DNA from: Tubulanus polymorphus
Taxonomy: Eukaryota > Animalia > Nemertea
DNA length: 64,000 bases
Direction: 5' to 3'
Assembly (NCBI RefSeq): GCF_964204645.1
Contig: NC_134028.1
Span: 1,674,001 to 1,738,000, forward strand
Below the pieces are notes generated by a model, which saw only the letters and a list, made by a program, of their open reading frames with translations, had not been told where the DNA came from and searched no databases. The position numbers and the translations under genes were made by a program. Within the stretch, counting starts at the first letter, position 1. Each line of letters opens with the position of its first letter. Shown here piece after piece: positions 1 through 13,600 of the stretch.

Positions 1-24
1 ATATATATATATATATATATATAT
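1..24. repeat. (AT)n microsatellite, truncated by window edge
   Basis: Pure AT dinucleotide run at the window start. Confidence 0.95.
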
Positions 25-669
25 GTACATTCCAGCACACACAACATTATACACACCATTACATTGCCAATTTAATGATCGTTGCTATGGTGACAACATC
101 CGACCTTTCTCTCGCTTGCGCCTTATCGACGTAACCGGTAGTTCTGTGCTCTGTATGTTCGAACCAAAGTCGAATTATTTCATGCCACAACGAATATAAT
201 ACTATTCGACAATTTCAGCTTTTAATGATGGATCTTCAGACTTATGCGACGTATGGGTTCTTGTTGAAAGCCAGTAATAGATTTGTAACCAACTCAGACT
301 AATAACGTTTTCTTCGTCAATCACTTGGATATTGTCATCATTTTCATTATCAAGTTGATTAGCAGTTTAACCATACGCATACCCCTTGAGAGCTATGTTT
401 TTGACAAATCTAAAACCATATATCGCTTTATAATCATAATTCAAAGTATATTCACTTAAAATTAACCCAATTATGTCATGATTGAGAGAAACCGAGTTTG
501 TGAAAGGTATTCAGATTAGTACCAAAACCTTCTGCACGCACAGATCCATCCAAACCAAACTGAAAAAATGGCCTGTAAACTGTCTCAAGGACGTCGGATA
601 TTTTTGGTAGGAAAACATCTATCAAAGTCTCAGAAACGTCGATAATTTTCAATCTTTTCTGTTTTTCAG

Positions 670-1608
670 GAAAGACAGGATCTCGGGGAAATCCTTCTAT
701 CAATTAATTACTTGCCAAGCGCCGGTCGTCTGAATATTGACGTCATCAAAGCCAAACAGCTACTACAAACTGATTTAGTCGGGGGATCAGGTATAAAGCA
801 CTGAAGCTCAATTACTACGGCTTATATCCAGTACCGGTATATCAGTGAAACTATCGAAACATTAATTAACCCTTTCAGACTTCGCCGAGTATAAAGATTT
901 ATAGTACTCATAAGGCTAAACAAAAATTATACTTTGTTTCTCCGCATTGGCCGGGTCATTTTTGTAAAAAATTAATATGATTTTAAAAAATTGTAATCAG
1001 TTCATCTCTATAGCGGCCGGGTCTGTTATGGTAAAATAAATCATGATTTTAAAATAAGTAATGTACAGAGATAGGTCAACTTTTAAGCTCAGCAGAGCTT
1101 AGCCTCAGCATTTCACGTATAGGCCATTCATTCTACAACTGGGAGATGATGTATCGATCAGATTATGGCTCGAAACTAGTTCTCCTTAAGTCTAATAACA
1201 AGACGCGCCCCGTGGGATTTATATGTCAAATACTCATCGGGTTCATCTTTCGTTGCAGATCCTTTTGTCAAGGTCACGCTCCTATACGACGATAAAGCGA
1301 TGAAGACGAAGAAAACTTCGACGAAAAAGAATACGATTGACCCGGTGTTTAACGAGTCGTTCAATTTCAACGTCACACCGGAGCAACTGGAGCACACGAG
1401 CGTAGCAGTTACCGTCTGGGATTACAACTCGAAAAGTAAAGACGATTTCGTGGGCAGAATCGTCATCGGCACGTACACGACCGGGCCGCACGAGATTACC
1501 CATTGGAACCGTATGATACGGTCGCCTCGTTCACCCGTAGCTCAGTGGCACACGCTTCGCTCGCGTAAAGAATGCGACAGCAAAGTCGTCATCATGAACT
1601 CGTCGTGA
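670..1608 (+). CDS. SYT17: Synaptotagmin-17-like, last two coding exons (C2B domain); 5' part lies outside the window
   Basis: Exon 670-790 (ag/gt flanked) reads ERQDLGEILLSINYLPSAGRLNIDVIKAKQLLQTDLVGGS. It splices in phase to exon 1259-1608, DPFVKVTLL...IDPVFNESFNF...QWHTLRSRKECD...stop. The motifs NYLPSAGRL, AKQLLQTD and QWHxLRSRxECD match recalled SYT17 C2B. Confidence 0.88.
914..1104 (+). mobile_element. PIF/Harbinger-type MITE family A, internally deleted copy in SYT17 intron
   Basis: Starts taa-GGCTAAACAAAAA and ends TTAGCC. The body (ggccgggtcatttttgtaaaa, ctatagcggccgggtctgttatggt, taagctcagcagagc) is shared with copies at 19664-19880 and 45651-45871. Confidence 0.8.
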
Positions 1609-3074
1609 ATGACGATCGACGTGAAAAAAAATAGAAGAAAACGTGTATCCGGTAGTACGATGTAATATCAATAGTAAGCGAAATCGTATTGGAACATAAA
1701 AGAAACAAAGTACAAAAAAAACTTGTAATAATCATGTGCAAAATAGTTTGAAATTTAGATAGTAAAAGTTTCAAACTAGTTGCAGTAGTTTTGTTATACT
1801 AATATCAAAACCATGAAATACTCAAAACATAATTCTTAAATATCAGTTTCATGGAAGGATATGTTTCGATCTCTTTTGATGTAGCAAACAATAGCGCACA
1901 CATTCATTTACCTTAGGAGATTAGTAATACTTAAATGTAGTAGCGAATTATTGTACAAAATCGAAAAGAAATAATCACAAACTTTAGCACAATGACTAGT
2001 TTATTCATTATTTAACGCACAACTAATAAACGAGCTTCGATTTGCTGCTTTGATAGAATATGACTTCCAGAAATATCAAACGAAAAGGCTGAAAAGTTCA
2101 TTAGAGAATTTATAACACTAGAACACAATGTAATTCATATAATATCAGCTGTTGTGTATTTCGCGTATAGTTGACCCGTCGCCTCTTCGATGCAGACCAT
2201 GAAAATGTGTAGGATCTGGATCTGTTATCTGTTTAGAGAATGCCCCTCGTTTCGCCGGTTCGTAAAAGATATTTTTTCGTGTTTTTATTACAAGGGCATA
2301 CTCAGATATTCACCAAAATGAAAACAAATAAACCATAATCATTTTCAGAAACCAGTGAAATATTAGAAAATAACCGAATTTTGTTTCTGATCGCGATCGC
2401 TTCTGATTCTAATTTACACAGATTTCCTGAGGCATTACCTACAAACGATTGTATTATGTGATTTGTTGTTGATTCAAGATTGCTGTTAAAAACATTGTTC
2501 AGTCATTTGAACTTTTATAAAATATATATAAAAGCCCCTGTTATGTGTATATTTTTCTAGTTATTGCAGTTATACAAGCGACGTTGCTGGCATTATTCAA
2601 TACTTCATATGGACGTGATGATAACGTTCTAGTCGAAACGCTTCGTTTATGTAAGACAGCGCCACTGGCGAACAGATATCGTCTGAGAAAGATGTCGAGA
2701 TGATAATTTTTATTTTTGAAAAAAAAAACCAAATACCAAAACTGTAGGAAATTATTTTTGCGCGTATTAATGTATCAGCCGCTACCTATTGCAAGGTTAT
2801 CTATAATAACAATATAGATACGTAATAGAAAATATGGGCAAAACACCAGAACCGAATAAAAATTACCGTCGCTTTTAATAACATGTATAGAGTCTATTTT
2901 GATTTTTTTAACCTTTTATCAACGCCAGTTCATGTGATATTGCATTCGTGATCTAATACGAGATCAGATTGTCCCGAGATAGAAAATGACGAGCAAGTTG
3001 TCGACTGTGTTTCGTTTACAAAAAAAAAATACATATATTTTGTAGAAATCATATATCCGTATACTATATTAAAG

Positions 3075-3113
3075 ATGTAAAGACAATGTAAAGACAATGT
3101 AAAGACAATGTAA
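3075..3113. repeat. 11-bp tandem repeat (ATGTAAAGACA) x~3.5
   Basis: atgtaaagaca repeated directly, in the probable SYT17 3' UTR. Confidence 0.85.
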
Positions 3114-3458
3114 CGTGTATAACGAAGTGAAAATGAATTTAGTCAAATACTAAATAACATTCTAAAAACATACGTTACGACTATGTTGTACGTGTACAGT
3201 GTAAATCTTACCTTCCCAGTGAGTTGTAAATAATCGAAAAAAATTGTGATTTGTGACCTTAAGTTAGGTATATTATTTTTTATACTATATTTACATAAGA
3301 TTAATAATATTTATGACGTATTCGTGTCTAATGTCGAAAATTGGTAGTCGTATATCGTATATTGTGTCCATCGACCTTGGAAACTGTTGTATATTGACGT
3401 GTTGACTGTGAGTGCATACGTAACCACAATAAATCTGTTATGTATTGTCAAAACCATT

Positions 3459-3572
<114 letters not shown>

Positions 3573-4353
3573 CATTATACAAAATATTGTTATGGCTTGT
3601 ACGTATGTTTGTAGTTTAGAAAGTGAAATAAAATCGCACGATTTGCAGAAATGATCGTCTTTATTATCGTGTGTTGGGAAAATATGATGATCATGATCAT
3701 GAACTTGAACTTGATATATCGCTGCGTCAAACAGTGACGCATATAACGACGGAAGTTATCCCCGTGTCAACAATCCTTCCGAAAATGACTAAAGTCTAAA
3801 GAAAATCATGAAATGAAAGGAATTTGGTTCGTTGTTTTTAGCTAAGAGAATATATGATTATCCACATTACAGTTACACAGTATATTCCACATTCTTAAAC
3901 CCTTTGAATGTAGCAGTGTAACTACCTCAATATACCTCATTTCTCATTTGATGCTCATGTGCTATAAACCCTATTGAGAAACTAAGGAACTATAGGGTAT
4001 GACACTGGGGATCAATGGGCAGTCACTTTACAGGGTATGTCATACCCTAGAGGTAAACTAAGGGTAATAAAACACAAGGAGAAATAATGAAATAAAAATT
4101 ACATATTTTGGGTATCCACGTGAGGCTTCAGATTATTTGCGATTGAGTTCGTTCCTTGTTCTAAAGTAATACGAACTGAAAAACTCTTTATTTGATAAGC
4201 TTTTCTTTTATCTTATCTAATTAAAGCTTTGACCCGATTGATACATATCGATTGAAAAAGGGTAAACAAGTGAACGCATTATATACTAGTCAACCATTTT
4301 CGATACATTTTCATATCCGACTCCGAAATTTCGCAATACACGCAAATGAATTG

Positions 4354-7300
4354 ATGATGCATTGTTTTTGGTGCATCACCGTGCTAACTCTAGCACTCTG
4401 TTTCGCTAATACGAAGTCCGTATCTGTGAAAGATTATATTTCAAACTATATAACATCTTATTGGCGACCAGAGACTGGCGATGAAACGAAGACTGACCAA
4501 TCAAAATGTGGATACGCGGTAAGAAAAACTTTGTACTATATGAATTTCTATGGAAGATTCATCAAAGTTTGATGCAAGTCTAGAAGCAATATATTTATTG
4601 TAGAAAAAACGATATACTTTTCAAAATTATTTGATGATTCCTAAATGCATCGGTTATACATTTATTAGTCTTAATGGACATAGTCGAGTAGAAATTAGTA
4701 TGAGGGATTGTAAATATGATTAGTTGTTATTGAAAGGCGTGTAATCCAGGGAAAACTGGGATGTTAAATCTTCACCTTGTGCCTCACACGCATGACGATG
4801 TTGGCTGGCTGAAAACAGTGGACCAATATTTCTACGGAGGTAAGAGCCGTTTTATTTTCTGCCGAGCGATGATTTTTATAAGTACTCGCTCACGTTTCGA
4901 TCCATCCTAATTTCAGCGCGTAATGAAATACAAAAAGCGGGCGTGCAGTACATCTTAGACTCAGTGATAGCACAACTTAAAGAGGATTCCACGAAACGAT
5001 TCATCTATGTCGAAGTTGCATTTTTCCATCGTTGGTGGCTTCAACAACACGATTCAATCCGTCACAATATTAGAAACCTTGTTAACTCAGGTATTTACGG
5101 TTCGTCGAGCTGTCACGTGAAGCTCATCAGTTTATCAACGTTCGATGGACACTTATACTACTTTCTAGTGCATCGTTTATGTCGTTTCTTAAATCTTAAA
5201 GAAAATGCGCAATATCTGTATCTGTAATGCTTAATTGACGTGTATGTATTTCATATCATCAGGTCGTTTAGAGTTTATACTCGGTGGTTGGTCTATGAAC
5301 GATGAAGCTTCTACTCACTATTCCGGTATAATTGATCAACATACACTCGGCCTTAAATTCATTAAGGATAATTTTGGAGAGTGTGGCCGTCCTAGAGTTG
5401 CCTGGCAAATCGATCCATTCGGTCATTCCAAAGAGCAAAGTTCACTTTTTGCTCAGGTAAGAATTTAGATTTCGCGCAAACAAGATGAAGCCGTTTGATT
5501 AAAATCGATTGTTTACAATGTATTTTAGATGGGTTATGATGGCCTGTACTTTGCTCGGATAGACTATCAAGACAGAGCTAAACGAAAGAAAGAAAAGCAA
5601 ATGGAAATAATTTGGAAAGCCAGCAATAGCATTCCAGGTAAATAAGAGAATGGATATCTTTCCTCTCAGATTCAAAATCATACTCAACGTTGTAATCTTT
5701 ATTTCAGGCAGTAAATCCACTTTATTCACTGGAGTTTTCTACGAAAACTACGGGCCTCCGCCAACATTTTGTTTCGACTTTTTATGCGCGGATCCGCCCG
5801 TTATGGTATGTCGTTGGTTACCGATAAGCGTCAAGTCAGAGATTTAAAATCTGGTAAAATTCAACTGATGAATGATTGTTAAATTTCACAGGATGATCCG
5901 AGGTTGCACGATCGTAATGTAAAAAAGCGCGTCGATGACTTCATAGCTCACGCCCTGAAAGTGGTGAGTTTGAAATTGTGAAAACTAGTCGAACACGATA
6001 AGTGCAAAATCAAATCTTACCAACCGAAATCTTACTCTGTCCACCATAGGGAAATCAACTTGTATTTTACATTCAGACGATTCTAATATTATATCGAAAA
6101 AAGTTATTCACAATCTCATAGTGAAGGAAGATAAAACGAATGTTCCTATTAATCATAATTATTGCGCTTTTTGATTTAGGCAAAAAGTTACCGTACAAAA
6201 AATGTCATGTTGACGATGGGCAGTGACTTCACATATCAGGATGCGAACATGTGGTATTCTAATATGGATAAACTGATTGAATATATCAATAACAGGGTAC
6301 GAAATATAACAACTACGTTCATACAATCTCAATCTTACTTAAATGTTCACTGATTTCATTTGATTACTATCATTAGCAAGCTAACGGAAGTAAAATAAAT
6401 GCCTTTTACTCGACGCCATCTTGCTACCTGTACGCCAACAATAAAGCTGGTTTGAGGTGGCCGACAAAAAGTGACGATTTCTTCCCTTACGCGAGCGATG
6501 CTCATCAGATGTGGACTGGATATTTTACCAGTAGACCGGCTTTAAAATATTACGAAAGACAAACCAATAGATTTCTGCAGGTAATTTCATTGAAAATATG
6601 GACTAGGAACTTTTCTGAAGATATCACGTGATCATCCATTTTATCTACGAATGCTTGTAGGTTTGTAAACAGCTCGATACGTTCGCTAAACTTCGACAAC
6701 AATTTGGAAGCGATCTCAAAATACGGGCGCTCAGTAAGTTCACTACTTTTCGTTGCCGACAATCAAATCCAGATCTATCGACGGATTTATCTATTCTCTA
6801 CCAATAGTTTTTTTAAATCCCCTTTTGGTATATTTTTCTCAATTGTTTTCAGAGGAAGCGATGGGAGTAATTCAACATCACGACGGTGTCAGGTATGAAA
6901 TTGTCTTACAGTCGTTCAGCGCATCACGTATAATTCCGACATAGAAACAGATCTTTCTTTTCAGTGGAACAGAAAAACAACATGTCGCTTATGATTACGC
7001 GATGAGACTTGCGAATGGAACGACGGAATGCGAGGTGAATTATCTAAAATACTACTTCATTGCGAATTCAAATATCAATCGTCATACGGCAAAGAATTTT
7101 ACATATTTAAATTGGTTGTAGGATGTTGTGAACGAAGCTATGAAGAAATTGCTGAGTGTAAACAAATCAAAACCTCTTCCACGACTGACATTCTGTCACC
7201 AAACTAACATCAGTCTATGCTCAGTTTCAAGTGTAGCGAAACAGGTATTTTCAAATTCGAATTATCAAATCGAAGGAATATGACGCAATCCATAATGCTT

Positions 7301-10113
7301 TCTTTTTTTACTAGTTTACAATGGTTGTATACAACCCGTTATCTCGTCCAGTTACTGCCTGGTTACAAATCCCAGTTAACGGTAACGCCTACAATATTTC
7401 AGACACCAACGGACATCCACTCGCAGCTACTGTACGTAAAACACCTTCGCCAACATCTCATTCCTTACTTACCATAGTGGATTGACCATTCTGATGATTA
7501 TGTTCTAGATTATACCAGTAAGCCAGAGAACACAAGCGATACCCGAGAGAAAATCATCAAATTACACTTCCAGAAACGATATTGTAATGAAGGTTGAATT
7601 ACCAGCGATGGGACTGACCACTTATATGTTCCAACTTTCAAAAAGTTCGCATCGTAACAACACATTTATCTCAAAGGCAAAGTGATTGATTATATTTCAG
7701 TATATATCATCGAAATGTGGTTTTTCTTATGAAAGGTCGAGCGTTGAAACTGTTGCAAACTTATGGAAGGCACGAAGTACGAGGACCGTATACAATTGAA
7801 AATCAGGTAAAATATCACCATTAACTGAAGGTTTCTAACTACTTTAAACTGAATACTATGCGATATCGTTATGTCATCTCCATTGGGATTATCATCTTAT
7901 TGCAGCATTTAAGAGTATATTTCGATGGACAAACTGGTATGATTTCGCGTATTGATAATCTAGATGAACAGCTACATCTGCCTCTTCATCAGTCACTGCG
8001 ATATTACACCGGATTTCCTGGAAATAATTCTCAACCCAAGTTTCAAGCGTCGGGAGCGTATATCTTCCGTCCTATAGAAAATAGACCAAACCCAATAGTC
8101 AACAAAGTTCGCAATACTTTGATGAAGGTAATAAGTAGTCGAATAGAACACTCTAATCCGTGTCAACTGTAGACAAATGAAGAACTCCCTAAATTCGATG
8201 GAATTTATTGAAATAAAACCACAACGTTTCGGAGTATATACAAACGTTACAATCCACTTAACACGTTAATTGAATTTCCTATTTCTGTTAATCTATAGGG
8301 AAAAGTCGTAGAGGAAATGCACCAGGAATTTAGTCCCTGGGCCACGCAAGTTGTAAGACTAAGGGATAATGAGAAATATGTGGAAATTGAATGGACTGTT
8401 GGTCCAATACCCATCAGGTAAAGCGTTACATCAAGACAGGAATATGAACACTGTTCTCTTATTACTATGTGATAGCTTAGTGGATATATAATTACACATT
8501 TTAGCGATGGCAAAGGTCGAGAAGTGGTGAACTATTTTCAGAGCGGTTTAAAAACACATTCAATGTTTTATACGGACGCAAATGGACGCGAAACACAAAC
8601 ACGACGGTACAAAACATATTCGTTAGATTAACATGATTTTCTTAACCAGATTTAGATCATTCTGCGGGTTATTTCGAACTTTTTTATCTCCCACTAGTTG
8701 AGTTTGTCAGTGTAGTTTGTCGTTTCAGTCGGAATTATCGCCCGACCTGGACACTTCAACAAACTGAATCCGTTGCAGGAAACTATTACCCGATTAATGC
8801 ATACGCGTACCTTAAAGTAAATTCACTGCCAAATCTTTTTTCACACGTTGGGAGAAAAACAAATATACTAAAAGTAACAATCAATATCTATCGGTAGGAT
8901 GAACAAGCGAATGTTCAACTGACTGTGTTAACTGACCGGTCACAAGGGGGCGGTAGTATCACTGACGGATCTCTGGAGATCATGGTACGTATGCTCGGTG
9001 GCGATGTACGTTTATAGTGCGCCTTTAGACGTCATCGAACTAACCAAATTTAAGAAAAAAATCATTCCATCGACATATAAACGTTGCTTGGGTATATGTT
9101 TGGATGGTTTGAAGGTGATTTGGTTTAAATGAGTTGGATTTTTTGTTTAATTACAGGTACATAGAAGATTACTTCATGATGATCGGTTCGGTGTTGGTGA
9201 AGCCTTAAATGAAACTGGTTCCGATAAAAATGGACTCATCGTTCGAGGTTATTATCTTCTATACATCGAATTTTTTTGGATAAAAACAAATTCTAATTTT
9301 TTCGTTTTATTCTAAAAGGGCGGCATTATATCTGCCTAGACAGACCGAACAAAGCCGTCCGGCAGATGCGAGAATTGGCTAAGAATATATTCAACAGTCC
9401 CGTAGCAGCATTTACTGAAACAAAGCTTACATTCTACAAATGGAAAACGATGTACAACGTCTCGGTACGTCTGGATTATTCGGGAAATTCCATTTTATCA
9501 TAAGTTGGGAATTTCTCAACGTTTTAGTTATTCTATTTCAGTGGTCTGGTTTGAAAAAACGACTACCACCGAATATTCACCTGTTAACATTAGAACAGTG
9601 GGATGGTGGAGATATTTTGATACGGTTAGAACATTTCTACGAAGTGGGAGATCCATCTTTATCTGCGCCAGCTTCCGTCGACTTACGGGTAAATTATCGG
9701 GTTTTCTTCACCGAAAACGCTATCGCAGAGTCCCTCCAGTTCTTAACAAATATCATTATCTTTAATCAAAATCATCAATCTATCAGAAAGAGTTCGATTG
9801 TTTATTTCAGGGTTTATTTCAACCATTTGAAGTAAAAGCCGTTGATGAACTGATGCTTGCTGCAAATCAAAGAAAAGCCGACAGTAAAAGATTAAAATGG
9901 AATTATACAGGTCAGAAAAATAGATCAATATGTTCTATCAAAAAACATCAATGGTGTAAGCCGTGAATTTAAACTGCAAATGAAATAATCTTTTCAGATA
10001 AAGAAGCGACTGAATCCCAACCACAGATGACACAACAACACGTCAAAACTGACCCCCTTGTGATAACAATGTCTGCAATGGAAATTCGAACCTTTCAGGT
10101 CACATTAGTTTAA
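4354..10113 (+). CDS. MAN2B1: Lysosomal alpha-mannosidase (GH38), copy 1, about 26 exons
   Basis: Signal peptide [18 protein letters not shown] (exon 4354-4518); [18 protein letters not shown] (4737-4839); GGWSMNDEA and nucleophile WQIDPFGHS (5263-5456); acid/base TMGSDF (~6215); QHHDGVSGT (~6870); FYTDANGRE; GNYYPIN; DRSQGG; C-terminal MEIRTF...TAA at 10111-10113. Introns checked are GT-AG and in phase. Confidence 0.95.
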
Positions 10114-10672
10114 CCATACAGGCATCTCTACCAGTTCTATGGACAAGAAATAAAGATGGTGACATTGATGAAAAGAATTGATATGATTATAATAAAATGA
10201 TATATTAGCAAACATTATGAGTATAGAATTTTACATTGTTTACTGAGGATTTTCTCAGCGAATCTGATCATTTCCGACATGATTCGACTAAATCTTCAAT
10301 TTATTCGACAAGTACGAGCTCAAAGTGTACTAAGACACCTAGTCCAAAGACTGCTTTAGTTAGTTTGATAATCTCGAATATCATTTCACTCATTTCGAGA
10401 TTTCCATCTCACGAACTTTCCGTCCAATATTGAGACGATGTCGCTTTCAGTGGCTTTTACACGAGATGCTGGGCTTCGAGGATGTCGCAGAACACTGTAC
10501 TTATCTCTAGTTTTGAGAGCGTATATATGTCATATGAATTGGGAAGTGATTATTATCTAATCTCTTAAAAACGTCAACGCGACCTTTATATAGACCTATA
10601 TAGAAAGTAGGGAGATCAATCGTGCCTAAATGTATATGATTTTTTGATCGTCAACACTCGGGTAATGCACAA

Positions 10673-13600
10673 ATGGTCAATATGTATTGGTTCATCTTCT
10701 ACGGAGTGCTGACCTTTTATCTGAATTGTTTCGTTTTCGTTCGGACTGAAGTAAAGGAAAATGTGGAAAATATATCGAACTATATGCCAAATAACTACCG
10801 GCCGGAAACCGAGGACAAGGCGCGCGATGAACCAAAATGTGGATACGAGGTAAATCGAACCATTCAAACTATATCATAAACGGGGTTAAAAACTGCCAAA
10901 TCTAGATTTTAATTCTCTTGGACAAAATGACAGGTATACCCCCCCCCCCTGATTATTTAAAGGCGTGTGACGCAGGGAAAAGCGGAATGTTGAATATCCA
11001 TCTCATACCTCATTCACACGACGATGTAGGGTATACGAAAACAGTCGACCAATATTTTTATGGAGGTACGGATAAATACTTTTAGTCGGTACAATTAAAA
11101 ACCTTCAGAAAAATTAAGAAATTTAAACATAAGTTAACTTAAGTTCAGGTAATGACAGACCATGTCGATTCGAAAATCATTATAAGATGAATGTGATTCT
11201 GTAAACACCGGTGCCCTGGATCTCATATTTGGAAGATCTTCAATTATTCTTTTTCAGCCCACAACGAAATCAGGACTGCAGGTGTGCAATATATCCTCGA
11301 TTCAGTAGTAGCGCAGTTGATGAAAGATTCACGAAAACGATTCATCTACGTCGAAATGGCATTTTTCTATCGTTGGTGGCGTCAACAAGACGATACAATC
11401 CGTCATGATATTACAAATCTCGTAAACTCAGGTCTGGTTCAATCGGCTTATTACGGGACATTCTAGAATATTCTAGATACTCGACGTTTTCTGGAAATTC
11501 TACTTGATATACTGGGAAGAAATGAACTTTCGGAGACTACTTTTTATAAGAAGTTCTTAATTGAATCTCTGAGATTGGAAATATTTTTCTGAACAGGTCG
11601 TTTAGAGTTTATACTCGGTGGTTGGTCTATGAATGATGAAGCTTCTACTCACTATTCCGGTATAATTGATCAACATACACTCGGCCTTAAATTCATTAAG
11701 GATAATTTTGGAGAGTGTGGCCGTCCTAGAGTTGCCTGGCAAATCGATCCATTCGGTCAATCGAAAGAGCAAAGTTCACTTTTTGCAATGGTAATACATT
11801 TAAGACGTTAAAGCAACGGGTATTCCCGTAATTTCAATAACGAGAATACCATGTATTTTAGATGGGTTATGATGGCCTGTACTTTGCCCGGATAGACTAT
11901 CAAGACAAAGCTAAACGAAAGAAGGACAAACAGATGGAGATGGTTTGGAAAACTAGCAACAGTATTCCAGGTATGGAATCTTAAGAAAAACTTTAAGTTT
12001 GAGCATGTTTTTAATTGCGTCATTGGTAAATTCCAGGTGAGAAATCCACTTTATTCAGTGGAGTACTATATGAACATTACGGCGCTCCGTCGACATTCTG
12101 TTTTGATTTGCTTTGCATTGATCCACCTGTAATGGTAAGAAAGTATTGACGAGCAAAATGAAATAAATCTATCTATCTATAAACACCGGCGATAACGTTG
12201 AAACATTCTATGCAGGATGATCCGAGATTACACGATTATAATGTAAACGAGAGAGTTGAGGATTTTATAGCTCACGCTCAGACAATGGTTAGTGTAGGAA
12301 AAGTTGCCATACTCGGTTCAACGGACTCCCAATTTTCATAAACAATCGATCAAATGGGACTTTTGCCCTAAACAAAGCTCTGATTTGAGATGAAGAATTT
12401 TCTTTTCGTTTTCGTCAAGGCAAAAAGTTATCGTACCAATCACATCATGCAAACAATGGGTGGTGACTTCGCGTATCAAGATGCGAACATGTGGTTTACA
12501 AATACGGATAAACTGATCAGATACATCAATAACAGGGTAAAGATGACATGTAAATTCATTTCGTTTATTACTGCATCCATCATCTTGAATTTCATTCAAT
12601 AACATGTGAAACTTTGATATAAGGTTATAAGCTAAGATAACGGCTGATAATTTCTATACATGTATAGCAAGCCAACGGAAGTAAAGTGAATATATTTTAC
12701 TCGACGCCATCTTGTTACCTGTATGCCACCAATAAAGCTGGTCTGACGTGGCCGACAAAAAGTGACGATTTCTTCCCCTACGCGAGCGATGCTCATCAGA
12801 TGTGGTCTGGATATTTTACCAGTAGACCGGCTTTAAAATATTACGAAAGGCAAGCCAATAGATTTCTGCAGGTAATGCCACCTTCAACAACTTTTTGATA
12901 ACACCCCCTAAGATTGAACAGTCCCACTAAAACCGACTATTCTAATTTGTAATCCAAAGGTTTGTAAACAGCTTGATACGTTCGCACAGCTTCAACGGCA
13001 GTTTGGCAGCGATCTTAAAATACGGGTTCTCAGTAAGTCAACAGTTATATCATATTTTCAAATTCACGGCAAGTTCTTTTTCTTATCACCCATTGTTAGT
13101 TCAGTACACGTCTTTATACCAAAATTTTTTTTTTCAGAGGAAGCGATGGGAGTAGTTCAGCACCACGATGGTGTCAGGTATGAATCCTATGGCCGTTGAT
13201 TTTTTATATAATCATATAAAGGCTAAAGAAGCTTTTAAAGAGCTCGATAGTGTTTTTATTTCAGTGGTACTGAAAGACAGCATGTCGCTTATGATTACGC
13301 GATGAGACTCGCCAAAGGGATATTAGAATGCGAGGTGAAATTGCTTATACACATACGATTCATATCTTAGCCAAACGACGTCAGTCATTTTTATGTCATT
13401 GTTACTTCCAGGATGTTGTGAATGAATCTATGAGGAAATTGCTGAGTGTAAACAAATCAAAACCTCTTCCACGACTGACATTCTGTCACCAAACTAACAT
13501 CAGTCTATGCTCAGTTTCAAGTGTAGCGAAACAGGTATTTTCAAATTCGAATCATCAAATCGAAGGAATCATGACGCAATTCACAATGCTTTCTTTTTCC

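Noticed and set aside
3993-4049. 12-bp inverted repeat TAGGGTATGACA/TGTCATACCCTA upstream of mannosidase 1
   Set aside because: Short, no TSD, no second copy; probably a decayed MITE, with nothing further supportable.
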